Positions 38,301 through 49,825 of a stretch of 64,000 nt of DNA are shown here, piece after piece; positions within the stretch are counted from its first letter, which is position 1; every line of letters starts with the position of its first letter. The position numbers and the translations under genes were made by a program. Source of the DNA: Hydrolagus colliei (taxonomy: Eukaryota); assembly GCA_035084275.1 (NCBI GenBank), contig CM068745.1, forward strand, positions 82,708,001 through 82,772,000. The letters run 5' to 3'. The notes beneath the pieces were generated by a model. That model was given only the letters and a program-made list of their open reading frames with translations, was not told where the DNA came from and made no database searches.

Positions 38301-41300
38301 GAAAGGGGGGCGTGGGTGAGGGTTGAAATAACGGATGGATGAGCGGAGGTGGAGGAGAGATGGGGGGAGGAAACCGCAGAGCGGATTCTCTCTATTTTGG
38401 ACTCGAGAAGTCCAACATCTCCTCACAACGTTCGTTTGAGGAGAGAATCTGCGAAGCGAGACGGGGGGGGCGGAGGAGCTGGTTGTTGGTGGCGAAGAGG
38501 AGGCGGTGGTTGTCCTTCGCTTCCAGGATTATCCTGGAGTAGAAGGCTGATTTGGCGGTGGCTAGGGCGGAGCGGTAAAATTTGATGTGGTCCAGTCAGA
38601 TTTGCCGGTGGACAGTGAGGCCAGATTTGATCCAGGTGCGTTCAGCTGCTCTCACTTGGCTTTTGAGGGAGCGGAGGTGAGTTGTGTACCACGGTGATGA
38701 TCGGGAGTGGGAGGCGGTTCTGGAGGTGAGGGGGGCCAGGGTGTCGAGGGTAGTGGAGAGGGTGTTGTGGAGGCGGAGGATAGGTCGGTGCAAAAGGAGT
38801 GCCACAGGGGGAGGAGGTCGGAGGTTTCGAGGGCAAAGGTGAAGGTTTGAGGGGGAGTCGTCTTCCAGGGCCGGTAGAAGATGGTGGTGGGTTTGGAAGT
38901 GGAGGGGGGAGGGATAGAGGTGTTGCAGGAAATGAAAAAATGGTCGGAAATGGCCTTGTCGGTGATGGTGACGCCAGAGACGTTGAGGCCTCGGGTGATC
39001 ACCAGATCGAGCGGATAGCCGTGGGTGTGTGTGGCAGTGTTAATGTGAAGGGAGAAGTTGAAAGACGAAAGTAAAGAGGAAAATTCAGAGGAAGTGGGGC
39101 AGGAGGGGGTGAAATGGAGGTTGAAGTCGCCAAGAATAATAAGACGATCAGAGGAGGCACAAAGGGAGGTTAAAAGTGAAGAGAAATCTGAAATGAAAGT
39201 GGGGGAGGGTTTGGGGGGGCGATAAATTAATAGGATTTTGAAAGAATTGTGGGAGGAGTGAGAGAGGGTGAGCTGTTCAAAAGAGGGGAAGGAGCCGGAG
39301 GAATAGGGGGATAGGGCGAGGGATGTCTTTGAAATGAGGGCCACGCCACCGCCACGACGGTTGGGTCGAGGAGCATGGTGGAATGTGTAGTTGGGTGGTG
39401 TGGCTTCAACGAGAGGGAAAGTGTCACCTGGGATGATCCAAGGGATCATCCCAGGGAGGCAATATACTGTATTGTATACTGTAGGCTAGATAGTACAATT
39501 TTAAATGGTGTAAAGGAACAGAGAGACCTGGGGATTTGTGTTAGTGACTCGTTGAAGGTGGCAGGACAGGTAGACAAGGCTGTTAAGAAGGCATATGGGA
39601 TACTAGGCTTTATAAATAGGGGTACAGAGTACAAAAGTCAGGAAGTGCTGACTAACCTCTATAAGACTTTGGTGAGGCCTCAGCTGGAATACTGTGTTCA
39701 ATTCTGGTCACCACACTACAGAAAGGATGTGAAGGCATTGGAAAGGGTACAACGAAGATTTACTAGGATGGTGCCAGGATTGAGGGACTTCAGCTATGAG
39801 GAGAGGCTAGATAGGCTAGGGTTATTCTCTCTGGAGCAGAGAAGATTGAGGGGAGACCTAATAGAGGTTTATAAGATCATGAGGGGTTTCGACAGGGCAA
39901 ATAGAGAAAAACTATTTCCACTCGTGGGTGAATCTGTGACTCGTGGTCACAGATTTAAAATAGTTTCAAGGCGAAGTAGAGGAGAGCTGAGGAGAAATTT
40001 TTTCACTCAGCGAGTTGTTCGAATCTGGAATGCATTGCCTGAAAAGGTGGTGGAGGCTGATTCGATAACAACTTTTAAAAGGGAATTAGATCTTTATTTA
40101 GGGAGAACAGGTCTATTAGGCTATGGGGAGCGGGCAGGGCAGTGGGATTGAATCGCTCTTTTCAAAGAGCCGGCACAGACTAGATGGGCCGAATGGCCTC
40201 CTTTTGTGCCGTAAAATTCTATGATTCTATAAGTCTCCGTCAGGGCCATGATGTCAACGTTCTCACCAAGGATGAGATCGTTGATGGCCAGGGTCTTGTT
40301 GCAGACAGAGCGGACATTTTGGAGGCCGATGCGGAAAGAGCAGTTGGCCGAGGGGTGTGAGGGGGGGCTGGGATGGTCGGCGGGGAGGGTGGGGATCTGA
40401 ATAAGGGAGGAGAGGTTGACCCCCCGGGTTTGTGTCCGGTGGGGCTGGCGGGGATGGTGGGGGACAGGGCACTTGGTGTGGCTGCTATTGGACACTCAGC
40501 ACCGAGTGCCACGGTGAGCCCGACGGAGGATTCCAATACTGGAACAGAGGGAAGCGGGGGGAGGGTCGAGCAGGGACAGTAGGCGAGGAGGGCGAAGAGA
40601 AAGAAGGGTAGAGAGGGAATAACGGAGAGGGGGGGTTGGGGAGAAAAACATGAGGAGGGGGAGGGAAGCTCGGGTCGTGGCGGCAGCCATATTGCGCACG
40701 CGGGAGACCAGGAGCGAGGGTCAATGGGGCGGCATCATCCCAAGGGATGCGAGGCCGCAGCTGGGGGATGCGGAGGCGCTGCGGTCTGAAGCCTGGCCAG
40801 GGCTGAGGCCGAGGCTGGGGTTGTGGGTTTTAGGGCCGGTTGCCAGGGCTGCGGGGGCCCGGGCCATGGGTCGCCGCGTCGAGGCTGGAGCCGGGACCAG
40901 GGCCGTGAGTCTCGGGGCTGTGGGTCTTGGAGCTGGGGCCGCGGGTCACAGAGCTGTTGGTCGCGGGGCTGGGGCCGGGGCTGTGAGTCACTAGTGTGTA
41001 TCCATCGTAATGCTGCTAATGTGTGCAGCGCTGTGGTATATTGTTGTTGTTGTATAGGCTACCGTATCCCGGTGTGTATCGGGGGTGCGTGTATCATACC
41101 ATAAATTATGTTCTGGAAAATAGTTTTCTTTCCCTCGTGTCATGTTTATAAAACGTCGTTACATTTCGTTGGAAATAAGTCCTGATTATTGTCATTTGTT
41201 CATGTGTTTGTAAGTTGGCATTTTACTCGGCGTCTTTTCGCGCTGTCGTTTTTTCGTTAAGCGCTGGTAAGTTCTGGGGGAAATACTTTTTTTTAACTAC

Positions 41301-44300
41301 AAAATACTGTTTTTAGCTTTCAGGAATACTTTTTTTTGTTAAAAAAGGTTGGCAGCTCTGCCTACTCCTCCTAATTCGTACGTTCTTATCAATGGTGTGT
41401 GTGTGTGTGTGTGTATTGTTTATTAATGTATTTCAGACCCTGGAGCAAACAGAAATGGAATCGGAGGGTATTACCCTGTCCCTAGAGGAACAGCTGAACG
41501 CATTGTCGTTGTCAGAGCTCACGACTTCTGAGTCCAAAGCAATGGTCCTCTTGAATGGCACAAGCTTCGAAGCTGAGCTTTTTGACCAAACCAAGGAGAG
41601 CACAAAGGTATAGCATTCCAGTTTTATAGTTGTTGTTTATTCTTACATCAGAAACTTCCATTAAAAGACAAGGGCCGTTTGCATGTGTCTCTGGCGCTGA
41701 ATGAAGTCATCCTCAAATTGCAATCTGTACCCATATTTTTGATTTTGAACAGCAACTTTGCTTAAAATTTTAAGGAGATTGTAAAAGGCATTTAAATGAG
41801 GGGAGGAGCTGTTTTAAAGTTACAATAATTACAGCAAAAGTAAAGACCAATTCTAAATGCGGAGAAATGTATTCTGAAATGGTCGTACCATTTGTGCGTG
41901 AATCTTAAAAGGATACTCACAAAGCTGATTCAATCATTAAAATAAAGCAATCAATTCCAGTTCAAGTCAATGACTTGACGAGGGCTCAGACGCAGAGGGC
42001 TGGTTGAAATAATTTTTATTTGTGGTATCGTGGTATTTGAAATAATCGACTTGACCTTCTGCGTGGCTGTTCGCAGATCACAGCACTGTTGACGAAGCTA
42101 AAGGCAATCAGCCGGGAGACACAGAAAAGGTAAATAGTCCAGACAACATAATAATAATAATAATAATAATAATCCTTGCATTTGATATAGCACTTTTCAC
42201 GTCTTTTAATCTAGATGTCTCAAAGCATTTCACAGAATATACTGTAAAGTGAATTGACTGTATACTTGTGGGTGAAACACAGCAGCCAATTGCGCACAGC
42301 AGCGTCCCCCACAAACAGTTGTGGGTTGAAATGACCAATTTATGATTTTTTTTTTGAGGGATTATTATCAAGCGTGTGGAGTAAGGAAACTTTCCCAAGT
42401 GTTTCACCCTGCCGGGAATTGAACCCAGGTCTCGCGCTTGCAAGGCGAACGCTCTAACCATTGAGCTACAGGAGCTCCACATTTGCCTTTGCCTCATTCC
42501 CTTGGTTATCCCTCGGTTTCTCTTAGTACACTTAACAAGTTGACTTGAGGAGTGTAGCTTACTAATCTATATCGTCCTTTCTCAGTGTGGTGGTCTCTCA
42601 ATGGACCAGCATGCTGCGTGTCGTGGCAGGACACCTGGATCGGATCAAGCTGACCTACGCAACCATAGACGGTTCTGTGACTCCTAAACGTCGCATGGAT
42701 TTTGTGGACGACTTCAACACTGACCCGAAAAGTATTCAGGTACAGTACAGTACTCTCCTTGTTTTGTTCAGAAAAAGTGTTGAATGCATGCACTAAATTG
42801 GGTCAGGGGTTAATACGAGGGGGGGATGAGAGCAAGGGCTCCGTTGCTGTTAAATGATCCTGATTCAAAACGTACACTGTAGGTTCATAGTTAAATCATT
42901 GTTGTTTGTGTGTCCGGCGCTTGGCTAAATGGAGGAAAGATGTTGATTATTAGTAGTACAATGAATCAATCGGTAATTACATTTATATAGCGCCTTTCAC
43001 GTCGGGAGGATGTCCCAAGGCGCTGAACAGTCAGGTAGGAACCAGAGCAGGGGAGAGAGGGGTCAGGATGAGGGAAAGAAGAGTAGGAGAATTGACTGTA
43101 TATTTGTGGGTGAAACGCGGCAGCCTAATTGCGCACAGCAGTGTCCCACAAACAGTCACGGAAGCGGGATCAGGGGAGAAAGGGGGGAAAGAGGGCAAGG
43201 GCAGGGGTCGGGGGAAGGAGAGCAGGAAAGGCGACTGAATATTTGTGGGCGAAACGAAAGCAACAGGATGATTTGAAGACTTGAAGCTGAACGAGGCTCC
43301 TTGATGATTGCTTTGTCTCTCTCTTACTCTCTTACAGGTCATGCTGGTCTCTCTGTGTGCCGGGGGTGTGGGTTTAAATTTGATTGGAGGAAACCACCTC
43401 TTCTTGTTAGACATGCACTGGTAAGATTAAAGTGGCAGATCAGCGAGAGCCACAGTGAACATTGCTCGAGGCTGTGTTGCCATCTGAGACTGTGGAGGAG
43501 GACACTAAAGTTCATTGTGGATTGCGGACGCACTGAAACAATGACTGTCCAGCTCCTTGGGACGCCCTCCTGACGTGAAAGGCGCTGTACGGGTGTCGTG
43601 TTGTTGTTGTTGTTGTGTTGCTACCTGTCAATGATTACCTTATTCAGATAGTTTAATTTCTAGGATTGTTTGAGGTGAACATAACATTTCCACCCGTTGC
43701 CTTCGCTCCTCTGGGTCTGGCCTCCTCCATGTCCACCCCGAGTCCTCCGCTCCACCCTCGGTGGCCGTGCCTTCAGCCACTAGGCCCCGAGGCTCTGGAA
43801 CTCCCTTCTCGGAGCCCTCCCTTGTTAGGAAGGGCTCTGAGAGGCCGTCTGGCGTGGAGTGAGGGAGGGCGCTATATAATATATAAAGTTGTTGTTGTTA
43901 AACGCACCTAATTATCTTCTCAGGAACCCAGCGTTGGAGGAGCAGGCGTCCGACCGGATTTACCGTGTAGGGCAACAGAAGAACGTGACTGTGCACAGGT
44001 ACTGGGGGGAAAAAATGTTTCTCCCGGTGGGATTAACTTTGCAGATTAGAGATCCACTTTATGCTTTATTTCATGAAAACTTATCGGTCACATCGTGATA
44101 GCTCGCATGGGTGACAATTGTCTGATGTGCACTTCATACCGTCGCGTTTACGCAGTTACCACTGGTGTCAAACCAATCTGTGACCTGATCCAGTCAAACA
44201 CCCAATACAGTAAAACCATGAAACATGGCCCCAAAAGAAAGGTATAATCCTATGAATGTCTATGCTCTCCCCCCCCCCCCCACCCCCTTATTATAAAAAA

Positions 44301-44478
44301 AATTCCAATCATTTTAATGTGTTGCCTCTCCAGGTTTGTGTGCGAGGGAACCGTGGAAGACAAAATTTTTGAACTGCAAGAGAAGAAAAAGGAGCTGGCA
44401 AAGAAAGTGTTATCGGGCACCGGAGAATCCTTCACCAAACTCACACTGGCCGACCTGAGGATTCTCTTTGGTGTCTGA
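14333..44478 (+). CDS. TTF2: Transcription termination factor 2 (SNF2-family ATPase/helicase with N-terminal GRF-type zinc fingers); 23 exons, exons 3 and 5 frame-disrupted in this sequence
   Basis: Exons read by hand: 14333-14360, 15689-15800, 17495-17580 (frameshift), 18533-18599, 18845-19880 (several disruptions), 21072-21201, 21637-21798, 22281-22438 (GC donor), 23307-23388, 24633-24755, 26442-26592, 30131-30239, 30675-30874, 31149-31302, 32106-32197, 33404-33492, 34707-34849, 41437-41607, 42077-42129, 42586-42739, 43338-43420, 43924-43998, 44334-44478. Motifs: [35 protein letters not shown] (motif I), IILDEAH (motif II), [58 protein letters not shown], and C-terminal [13 protein letters not shown]. 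All match human TTF2 as I recall it. Splice phases are consistent from exon 6 to the stop. Confidence 0.95.
14375..15293 (+). repeat. Extremely G-rich minisatellite in TTF2 intron 1
   Basis: Units of about 18-25 nt: G-run + aggagggggact or aggagggtgact. Followed by a 200-N run (15294-15493). Confidence 0.9.
15494..15680 (+). mobile_element. L2 3' fragment ending in a (GTT)n tail next to the TTF2 exon 2 acceptor
   Basis: ctgaagacctttctcttcgaccgcgccttcggtcac ([12 protein letters not shown]), tgtgaagcgctctgagacg, gttgttgttgtt tail. Confidence 0.8.
16290..16570 (-). mobile_element. L2 3' fragment
   Basis: Minus frame [15 protein letters not shown]; tail cgcctttcacatcgggaggacgtcccaaagcactg. Confidence 0.75.
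20206..20886. mobile_element. Non-autonomous hAT-type MITE (681 bp)
   Basis: TIR tagggtccgtcgatat / revcomp tagggtccggcgatat (15/16). Perfect 8-bp TSD gttgcaag at 20198-20205 and 20887-20894. Subterminal ATCG-rich repeats and a C-rich core. Confidence 0.9.
21300..21570 (+). mobile_element. L2 3' fragment
   Basis: tcaaggccggtctcaagaccctcctctttgac ... cagcgccttgggacgtcctcccaacgtgaaaggcgctctat, then a gttgtt tail. Confidence 0.75.
21870..22150 (+). mobile_element. L2 3' fragment
   Basis: Translates [25 protein letters not shown]; same tail as the other L2 copies. Confidence 0.75.
23499..23958 (-). mobile_element. Solo LTR (460 bp), antisense in TTF2 intron 9
   Basis: Begins TGTTGGA and ends TCCAACA (7-bp terminal inverted repeat). 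5-bp TSD gacag at 23494-23498 and 23959-23963. AATAAA on the minus strand at 23566-23571. Confidence 0.8.
24881..25760 (+). mobile_element. Penelope-like retroelement 3' fragment (GIY-YIG endonuclease remnant plus terminal repeat), frameshifted
   Basis: [12 protein letters not shown]..., [27 protein letters not shown] is the typical region after the GIY-YIG motif of vertebrate PLEs. It is followed by the ctgacgaaggg...ccgaaacgttgac...gatgctgcctgacctgctgag terminus. Confidence 0.8.
25627..25663 (+). ncRNA. Minimal type I hammerhead ribozyme motif of a Penelope-like element
   Basis: agtt-CTGACGA-a-gggt-tgtag-atcc-GAAA-C-GT-T-gact: stem I agtt/gact, stem II gggt/atcc, palindromic ACGT stem III, one extra A after the core. 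Activity untested. Confidence 0.6.
26796..27178 (+). mobile_element. Full-length tRNA-derived SINE with L2-like tail
   Basis: Head gagctcctgaagctc...gtgttcaaatgc; body ttgggcaagtttccttactcc...ctgccgcgtttcgcccaca; tail tgtgaagcgctttgag...atcaaatgcgaggattatt. Confidence 0.85.
27320..29760 (+). repeat. (GGGCT/GGCT/GCGCT/GCCT)n satellite in TTF2 intron 11, about 1.7 kb of it N
   Basis: All resolved segments are gggct-dominated pentamer/tetramer arrays. Five N-runs, with an isolated ggctg at 28169-28173. Confidence 0.9.
30294..30440. repeat. (TCCC)n/(TCAA) compound tandem repeat
   Basis: Repeating tccctccctcaa units. Confidence 0.85.
32891..33085. mobile_element. Tc1/mariner (Tigger-like) MITE, 195 bp
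   Basis: TIR cagtaaaagccc / revcomp cagtcaaagccc; TA flanks at 32889-32890 and 33086-33087. Confidence 0.75.
34245..34650 (-). mobile_element. L2 3' fragment
   Basis: Minus frames [28 protein letters not shown] and [12 protein letters not shown]; near-identical in style to 10235-10745. Confidence 0.8.
35474..36377. mobile_element. Tigger-like non-autonomous element with internal (CT)n tract and N-runs
   Basis: Ends caggtggcccccg / revcomp caggtaaccccgg; left TA flank present, right flank reads TG. Confidence 0.55.
36574..41110 (-). mobile_element. Near full-length L2 LINE (APE endonuclease plus reverse transcriptase), frameshifted, interrupted by CR1
   Basis: APE: [18 protein letters not shown]|WIIPGDT..RRGGGVA..IYRPPK..LGDFNLH..SDH. 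RT: [46 protein letters not shown]. (CAA)n tail at 36574-36595. The 5' boundary is approximate. Confidence 0.88.
39442..40230 (+). mobile_element. 5'-truncated CR1 LINE inserted into the L2 endonuclease
   Basis: ORF 39375..40151 ([51 protein letters not shown]) ends in an attctatgattctat tail. It splits the L2 codons ACG GAG ACT|TGG ATC with only a 2-bp (aa) overlap. Confidence 0.92.
42148..42477 (-). mobile_element. Full-length tRNA-derived SINE
   Basis: Runs from an (ATA)n tail at 42148 to the head ...ccattgagctacaggagctc at 42477. The family has more than 20 partial copies in the window (e.g. 540, 2345, 6245, 9540, 11760, 13740, 17650, 22630, 23150, 31550, 47985, 50220, 52095, 53950, 56455). 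Confidence 0.88.
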
Positions 44479-44977
44479 CTTTCATTTAGAGGAAGGTTGG
44501 TCGGCAATCAGTTCTCATCAAAGAGAGTCCTCGTCGATCGACGGAAGAGTCCAGTGGAAAATACTGGGAAAGAGTCCTGAATATTATTTGCCCAATATTT
44601 ATACTCTATATGTATATGCAAGTTAGTTTGGAATCTCACGATGGCAGCTTACACTAATTGCATTGCTCGTTGAGCTATTTCCATCGATCAAGAACGCCCC
44701 ACTCTCTCCCCCGGCTTTCCATTCAACTGGAACTCTTCTGGAGGCGTTTAGTTCATGTACCAACTGAGACGGTCAGATTTCCTTGGACAAAATTGCCACG
44801 CTGCTTTGAAATTGCCTTATCATAGAACCTAAAATAAGCTCCCGATTGAAAAATGGAGGTTTGCTTCATCAAAAGCAACTGACCTTTACGTTCAGTGAGG
44901 ATTTTATTTTGTTTTATTTTAAAAACTTAAATGTTTGTGCCATTATCCGAAGGCAGGGGCCCAAGGCGTCACTTAAT

Positions 44978-44983
44978 AATAAA
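44978..44983 (+). promoter_or_regulatory. Candidate TTF2 polyadenylation signal
   Basis: AATAAA about 500 bp after the stop codon, followed by T/GT-rich sequence. Not the only possible site. Confidence 0.35.
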
Positions 44984-45189
44984 TTATTTTAGTTCTGTGA
45001 AACTATTCTGTGAAACTATTTTGGACAAAGCTGCTTTGAAAGTTTAAGAAACTTTGGTTCTGTTCTCTTGAGGTTCAGCTGGACTATAAACCTTAAAGGA
45101 TTAAAGAATAGTTTTTGCATATGATGGAAATGATTTAATCGCATTAATAATCTGTCTCATAACTGTTCACTCCTCCCTCTGTCTATAGG

Positions 45190-45680
45190 CTGCGGATCAC
45201 CCAGAATTCTGCAGCCCAGTTTCTCTGCCTCACCTTGCTCCCATCACGTTCCCCCTCCTTGCTCGACTCCACTGACTTCCCATCACACAGTTCAAGATCC
45301 TGCTGTTCACCCTGAAAGCCCCTCCATGGCCTTGCTCTCCCCTACCTCTGCAACTAACTCACCCCCTAAAAGCCCGTCCGCTCCCTCCACTCAGCAGGCT
45401 CTCCAACCTGCTTCATGTCCCTCGCTCGCCCCACCATTGGCTGGATGAGCTCTCAGTCACTCTGCGCCCACCCTCTGGATCTCCTGTCTGCAGTCCCTCC
45501 ACCTCGCCCCCCCCCCCCCCCCCCCACACTCTGCCTCCACTCACCCTCCTTCTCCCCACTGTCCTCCACCGTCCCCTTATCCCGAACCCTCTAGTTTGGG
45601 TCCGAAACACCGACTGTCCAGTGCCTTGGGACTCCCGATAATGATAGACGCTATACAGTACAAATGTAATTTGTTGTCAC
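45190..45680 (+). mobile_element. Decayed L2 3' fragment
   Basis: cagaattctgcagccc..., cacagttcaagatcctgctgttcaccctgaaagccctccatggccttgctc (FKILLFTLKALHGLA) and the L2 tail. Confidence 0.7.
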
Positions 45681-46640
45681 TGATTCCAACTTGATGCCCA
45701 AGTGTTTGTTTGTTTGTTTGCAAAGGAGGTTTATTATGTTACTGCCATACTGAGCAATAACATTCTTGCAGCTAACGCTAAACCAACTGGTAGGCTTATC
45801 TGCTCAAACCCCAACCTCACGCACCTTCTTTTCATGTCACTTTTATTCAAACCCTCGTAGGCAGTGCCAACCTTGCCACATCAAGTGTAATTTCTAGCCT
45901 GAATTCAAGCAGCGCTTGCCTGAGAGATGAATAGCATTAGAAAAACGCGAGTGCGTCAACTTGAGTAGAGTTTTACCTACTTAATGGTTGTGTCGGTGAA
46001 GTTAATTCTCAAAAGCGTTTTGCAATAAAAGTGACGTGAATTGAGAGAGAATTTTCAATGCTTGATTTACTTTGGTGCAGTGGGTCTGGAATAATTCCCA
46101 ACACCAAGACACCCGAGGTCTTGTGGCTGTAGGACTTATGTGAAGTAGATTTTGGCAGTATTAAACCACACCCCTTTCACACTTGCTCAAAACAGCCTCC
46201 AATTCAGCGCAGTGGCAATAATTTAGTGTAAAACCACATCAAAGGTATTAGGTGGCAGTTATATCGCTGGAGCAAACAAAGGGGAGTTTTACATTAGCAT
46301 CTGAGAGCGAGAAAGTCTTTGTGTGTTGAAAATTATTCCTCAGAATGGAAGTCGGCAGAATAGTTAGGCTCAGTGTGATTGTGTAGTTGATGTTATGTAT
46401 GACAGGCGTTGGAATAATCATCCTTGCATTTGATATCGCGCTTTTCATGTCTGCTATTTTCACGTTCTGTCACATTATATCATATAAATTATCACGTTTC
46501 ACCCACAATCACTTCATATTATATTCGTCAATCACTTCATATACCGTCAATCACTTCTTATTATATTCTGAAGCACTTTGAGAAGTGTAGAAGACATGAA
46601 AAGTGCCATAATCAAATGCAAGGATTATAATTATTATTAT

Positions 46641-46950
46641 AGACGTTTCAACGCGCTTCACAGAATATACTCTTAAAGTGAATTGACTGTGTATATTTGT
46701 GGGCAAAACACGGCAGCCAATTGCGCACAGCAGCTTCCCCCACAAACAGTCATGGGTTGAAATGACCAATTTTATTCTTGTGGTTTTTTTGGAGGGATTA
46801 TTATTAGGCGTGTGTGTGTGTGTGTGTGTGGCGTAAGGAAACTTGCCCAAGGTTTCGCCCTGACCTACCTGGATTCGAACACAGGTCTCCCCAGCTTGGT
46901 CTCCCCAGCTTACAAGACAAATGCTCTAACCCACTGAGCCACAGGAGCAC
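46641..46950 (-). mobile_element. tRNA-derived SINE
   Basis: Same family as 42148-42477; head ctggattcgaacacagg...ccactgagccacaggagc. Confidence 0.8.
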
Positions 46951-49825
46951 CATCCGAGTCCTTGGATTTGAAATGGCGCTGAGATGTCTCAAAGAGGTTC
47001 ACAGAACATACAGTAAAGTGGATTGACAAATCACCCACCACGGCACCGAGGCAATCTTTTCCACTGATCACCTTTTGTGAAGTAAACAAAAAAACAAGCG
47101 ACAAAAAAACTTACACTCGCGCTTGTCTGTTAATTAAAAAAAAAGCAGTCTTTTTCATTTCAAAAAATCCATTGGTGAAATTGACATTGATAAGAACAAA
47201 GTACAACTAATGTAAAAATACATTTACACTAGTATAAACTTGACCTTCCTTCAATGTAAGTAAACAAGGAATAAAAACAACTGGAAAGCGAAAGGTTACT
47301 GTTTTATCAGATCTCTCTCAAGGGTCACACCACAATCTATTGTTTTGTTTTAGGTGCTGATCGAACTTCTGGGCAATTTCTTTATATACAGCTGCCTCTT
47401 CTTTTTACTGAATGAATCCATATATTCTTTCCATCATAATATAATTTGAGAGCGCGCCACAGGTTCACACCAGCCCAGCCAACGTGAGGCAGGGAGGAGA
47501 AAAATAATGCTCCCTTAGGTAGTGACTAGTTTTCAGGCATGTATGTCTGTTGTATGGAGGATATACCCTTTATTTTTAAGGGTTATTTGAAAGCAAATTA
47601 GACAAGCAGGTTCACGGAACAATATTGGAGGGGACAGGGAAAAGGGAGGGATTTGGGAATAGGATGGTTGGCTTCTAAGAAGCAAACACCGATGTGGAAG
47701 AGAAAATGTTGAACGGATTCCGACTTCTCTGGGTCTCCTCCAAATGGACTAAGTTAAGGTTTATTTTAATTTCAATTTATTTTAGTTTATTTTTATTTTA
47801 ATGTAAAAACAAAATTGTAATTGTTGAACTGGACAAGACATCAAACAGCTGACAGAATTAATGAGTTTGTTTGTGTCAGTGGGATAACTTGGGGTGAGTT
47901 TCCATTGTAAATATACAAGGTGAAGTGTTGTAGTCCAGTGCTTAAGAGTTCCCGGCAGGTCAGGGCGCAACCTCGGGCAAGTTTCCACGCTCCACACGCC
48001 TGATAATAATTCCTCAAGAAAGAAAACAATAATAAAATTGGTCAATTGAATCCACGACTGTTTGTGTGTGTGTGTGCGTGGGGAGGGGAGGTGGGGGGTG
48101 AACACTGCTGTGCGCAATTGGCTGCCGTGTTTCGCCCACAAATATACAGTATTCTGTGGAGCGCTTTGAGACACAGTCTAGAAGATGTGAAAAACGCTAT
48201 ATCAAATGCAACGATTATATATATGTATACATTATTAATGTTAACGTTACGAAGCCAATGAATAAGAATTAGCCACGCTGCAAGTCATAAACCATCACAT
48301 CTATCCTCTAAACTCATATCGCCACCAGTATTGTTTGCTAGAAAAGGTTCCCCGTAGACATAGATAGAGATTTACATATATATATATATATATAGATGCA
48401 GAGATCTACACAGCAACAATCATTAAAGCTGAACTTTTAACACAATATTTTTTCACCAGCTGCCCACATCTGACAAAACACACAAGAGTTTTCCAGTGCT
48501 ATGGAACGGTCCGTTCGAAAGACACAGCGGGCGAGCTTGGCAAGTCAAAGGAGGTAAAACCATGGCTTTAACTGTTCAATAGTTAATCCTTAACAGTTTA
48601 CGCCACAAATAGAATCGCGGCAAAGTCAAGGTACAATAGTGAACTGGACAGTGGTGACGGGAATTTAAATAAACACACAACGCAAGCGCGATAAGCCATA
48701 AAGCCAAGAGCTACTGTATAGTACTGGAGGAGAATATTGTTTGCGTTCTATTTCGCTGGCATTCAAACCTGCGTGGTTCTGTTGGTGAAGACTCTCTGAA
48801 GTTAAGATTTTATACCTCTTGGGAGGGCTAACGTAGTAAATAAACATCTTAAATTCATAACCTCCCTTCACTTCAGGTTAGGTTTTAATCTAATCCCTTC
48901 CAATTGTTTGGTTGTCGCTTGTTTATATCGTAATGCTGCTTTTCTTTCCTTTTTTAAAAAAAAAGTTGAATCGATGACCATATAATAATCCTTGCATTGT
49001 AACATTGTGGAGAACGAGATTTTGTGGGTGAAGCTTTTGAGGGGTTTTTTACCTACCGAGAAACAGTGAAAATTGTTGTTTGAAAAAAAAACTCCACACA
49101 CTTTAAAAATAAGTCTCAGCCATTTATTTGCATTTTTGGAAATCACTGGTTCAGCTTACATATTGATCTGGTATACATTCTGTGTAATAATCATCATAAT
49201 ACAAGAATTTGATATAGCTCATTATTTTCACATTATTGAGATGTCTCAAAGCGTATCACAGAGTGTACAGTAAAGCAAATTGACTCATATATTTGGTGGA
49301 CAGATGTGTCTTACAGTTCGGTGCTGGTGTCAGCAAACTCTTGAAGATCAGCCAGAGAGAGAACATTCTATAGAGTAGAGAGTGACTTTGAGCCCTGGTG
49401 ATATAGGCACGTTTGATGGTCACGTATGCTTTCAAACAGTCAATTAACATCACGAGGTGTTGTTTTCTGAGTTATTATACAGAAGAATATCTAAATAATC
49501 CACTTTTAAATGTAAATTGCAAACAGATCGTAAAGTGTGACACTACCTACAAATCTTTAAGGAATCAAGCACAACAAAAACTCGCATTTATACTGTACAT
49601 ATCGCGCCCCTTCACATAGGGTAACGTCCCGAAACTCCCATCATAAAAAGCTAAAACAATTAGTAGAAAACATCTATGTATTGCGTTGTTTGCTTGCTCT
49701 TGCCATCCTGTTTGTCTAACTGCTGGCGTTTCGACGCGTGAGTTTGGGCAGGATCTAACAAGGAAAATAGAATCCATTTCAGCAATCACGTCGATAATCA
49801 GGACACCGAAACCCGCTGAAACTAT

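Larger units (their letters stand above)
35346..41360. mobile_element. Non-autonomous DNA transposon (hAT-like termini, 6-bp TSD) hosting nested insertions
   Basis: TIR cagagccgccaacc (35346) / revcomp cagagctgccaacc (41347-41360), 13/14. TSD cctact at 35340-35345 and 41361-41366. The flanks rejoin into an intact CR1-type tail gaatggcctactcctcctaattcg. Confidence 0.75.

Noticed and set aside
48665-48795. Possible extra cytoplasmic exon for the IgSF gene (KSLHQQNH...QYSPPVLYSSSW...)
   Set aside because: It is in frame with the CAA|GTAACT donor, but the pyrimidine tract is weak, there is no canonical ITIM/ITSM/ITAM, and the TM exon has its own stop. Needs RNA evidence.
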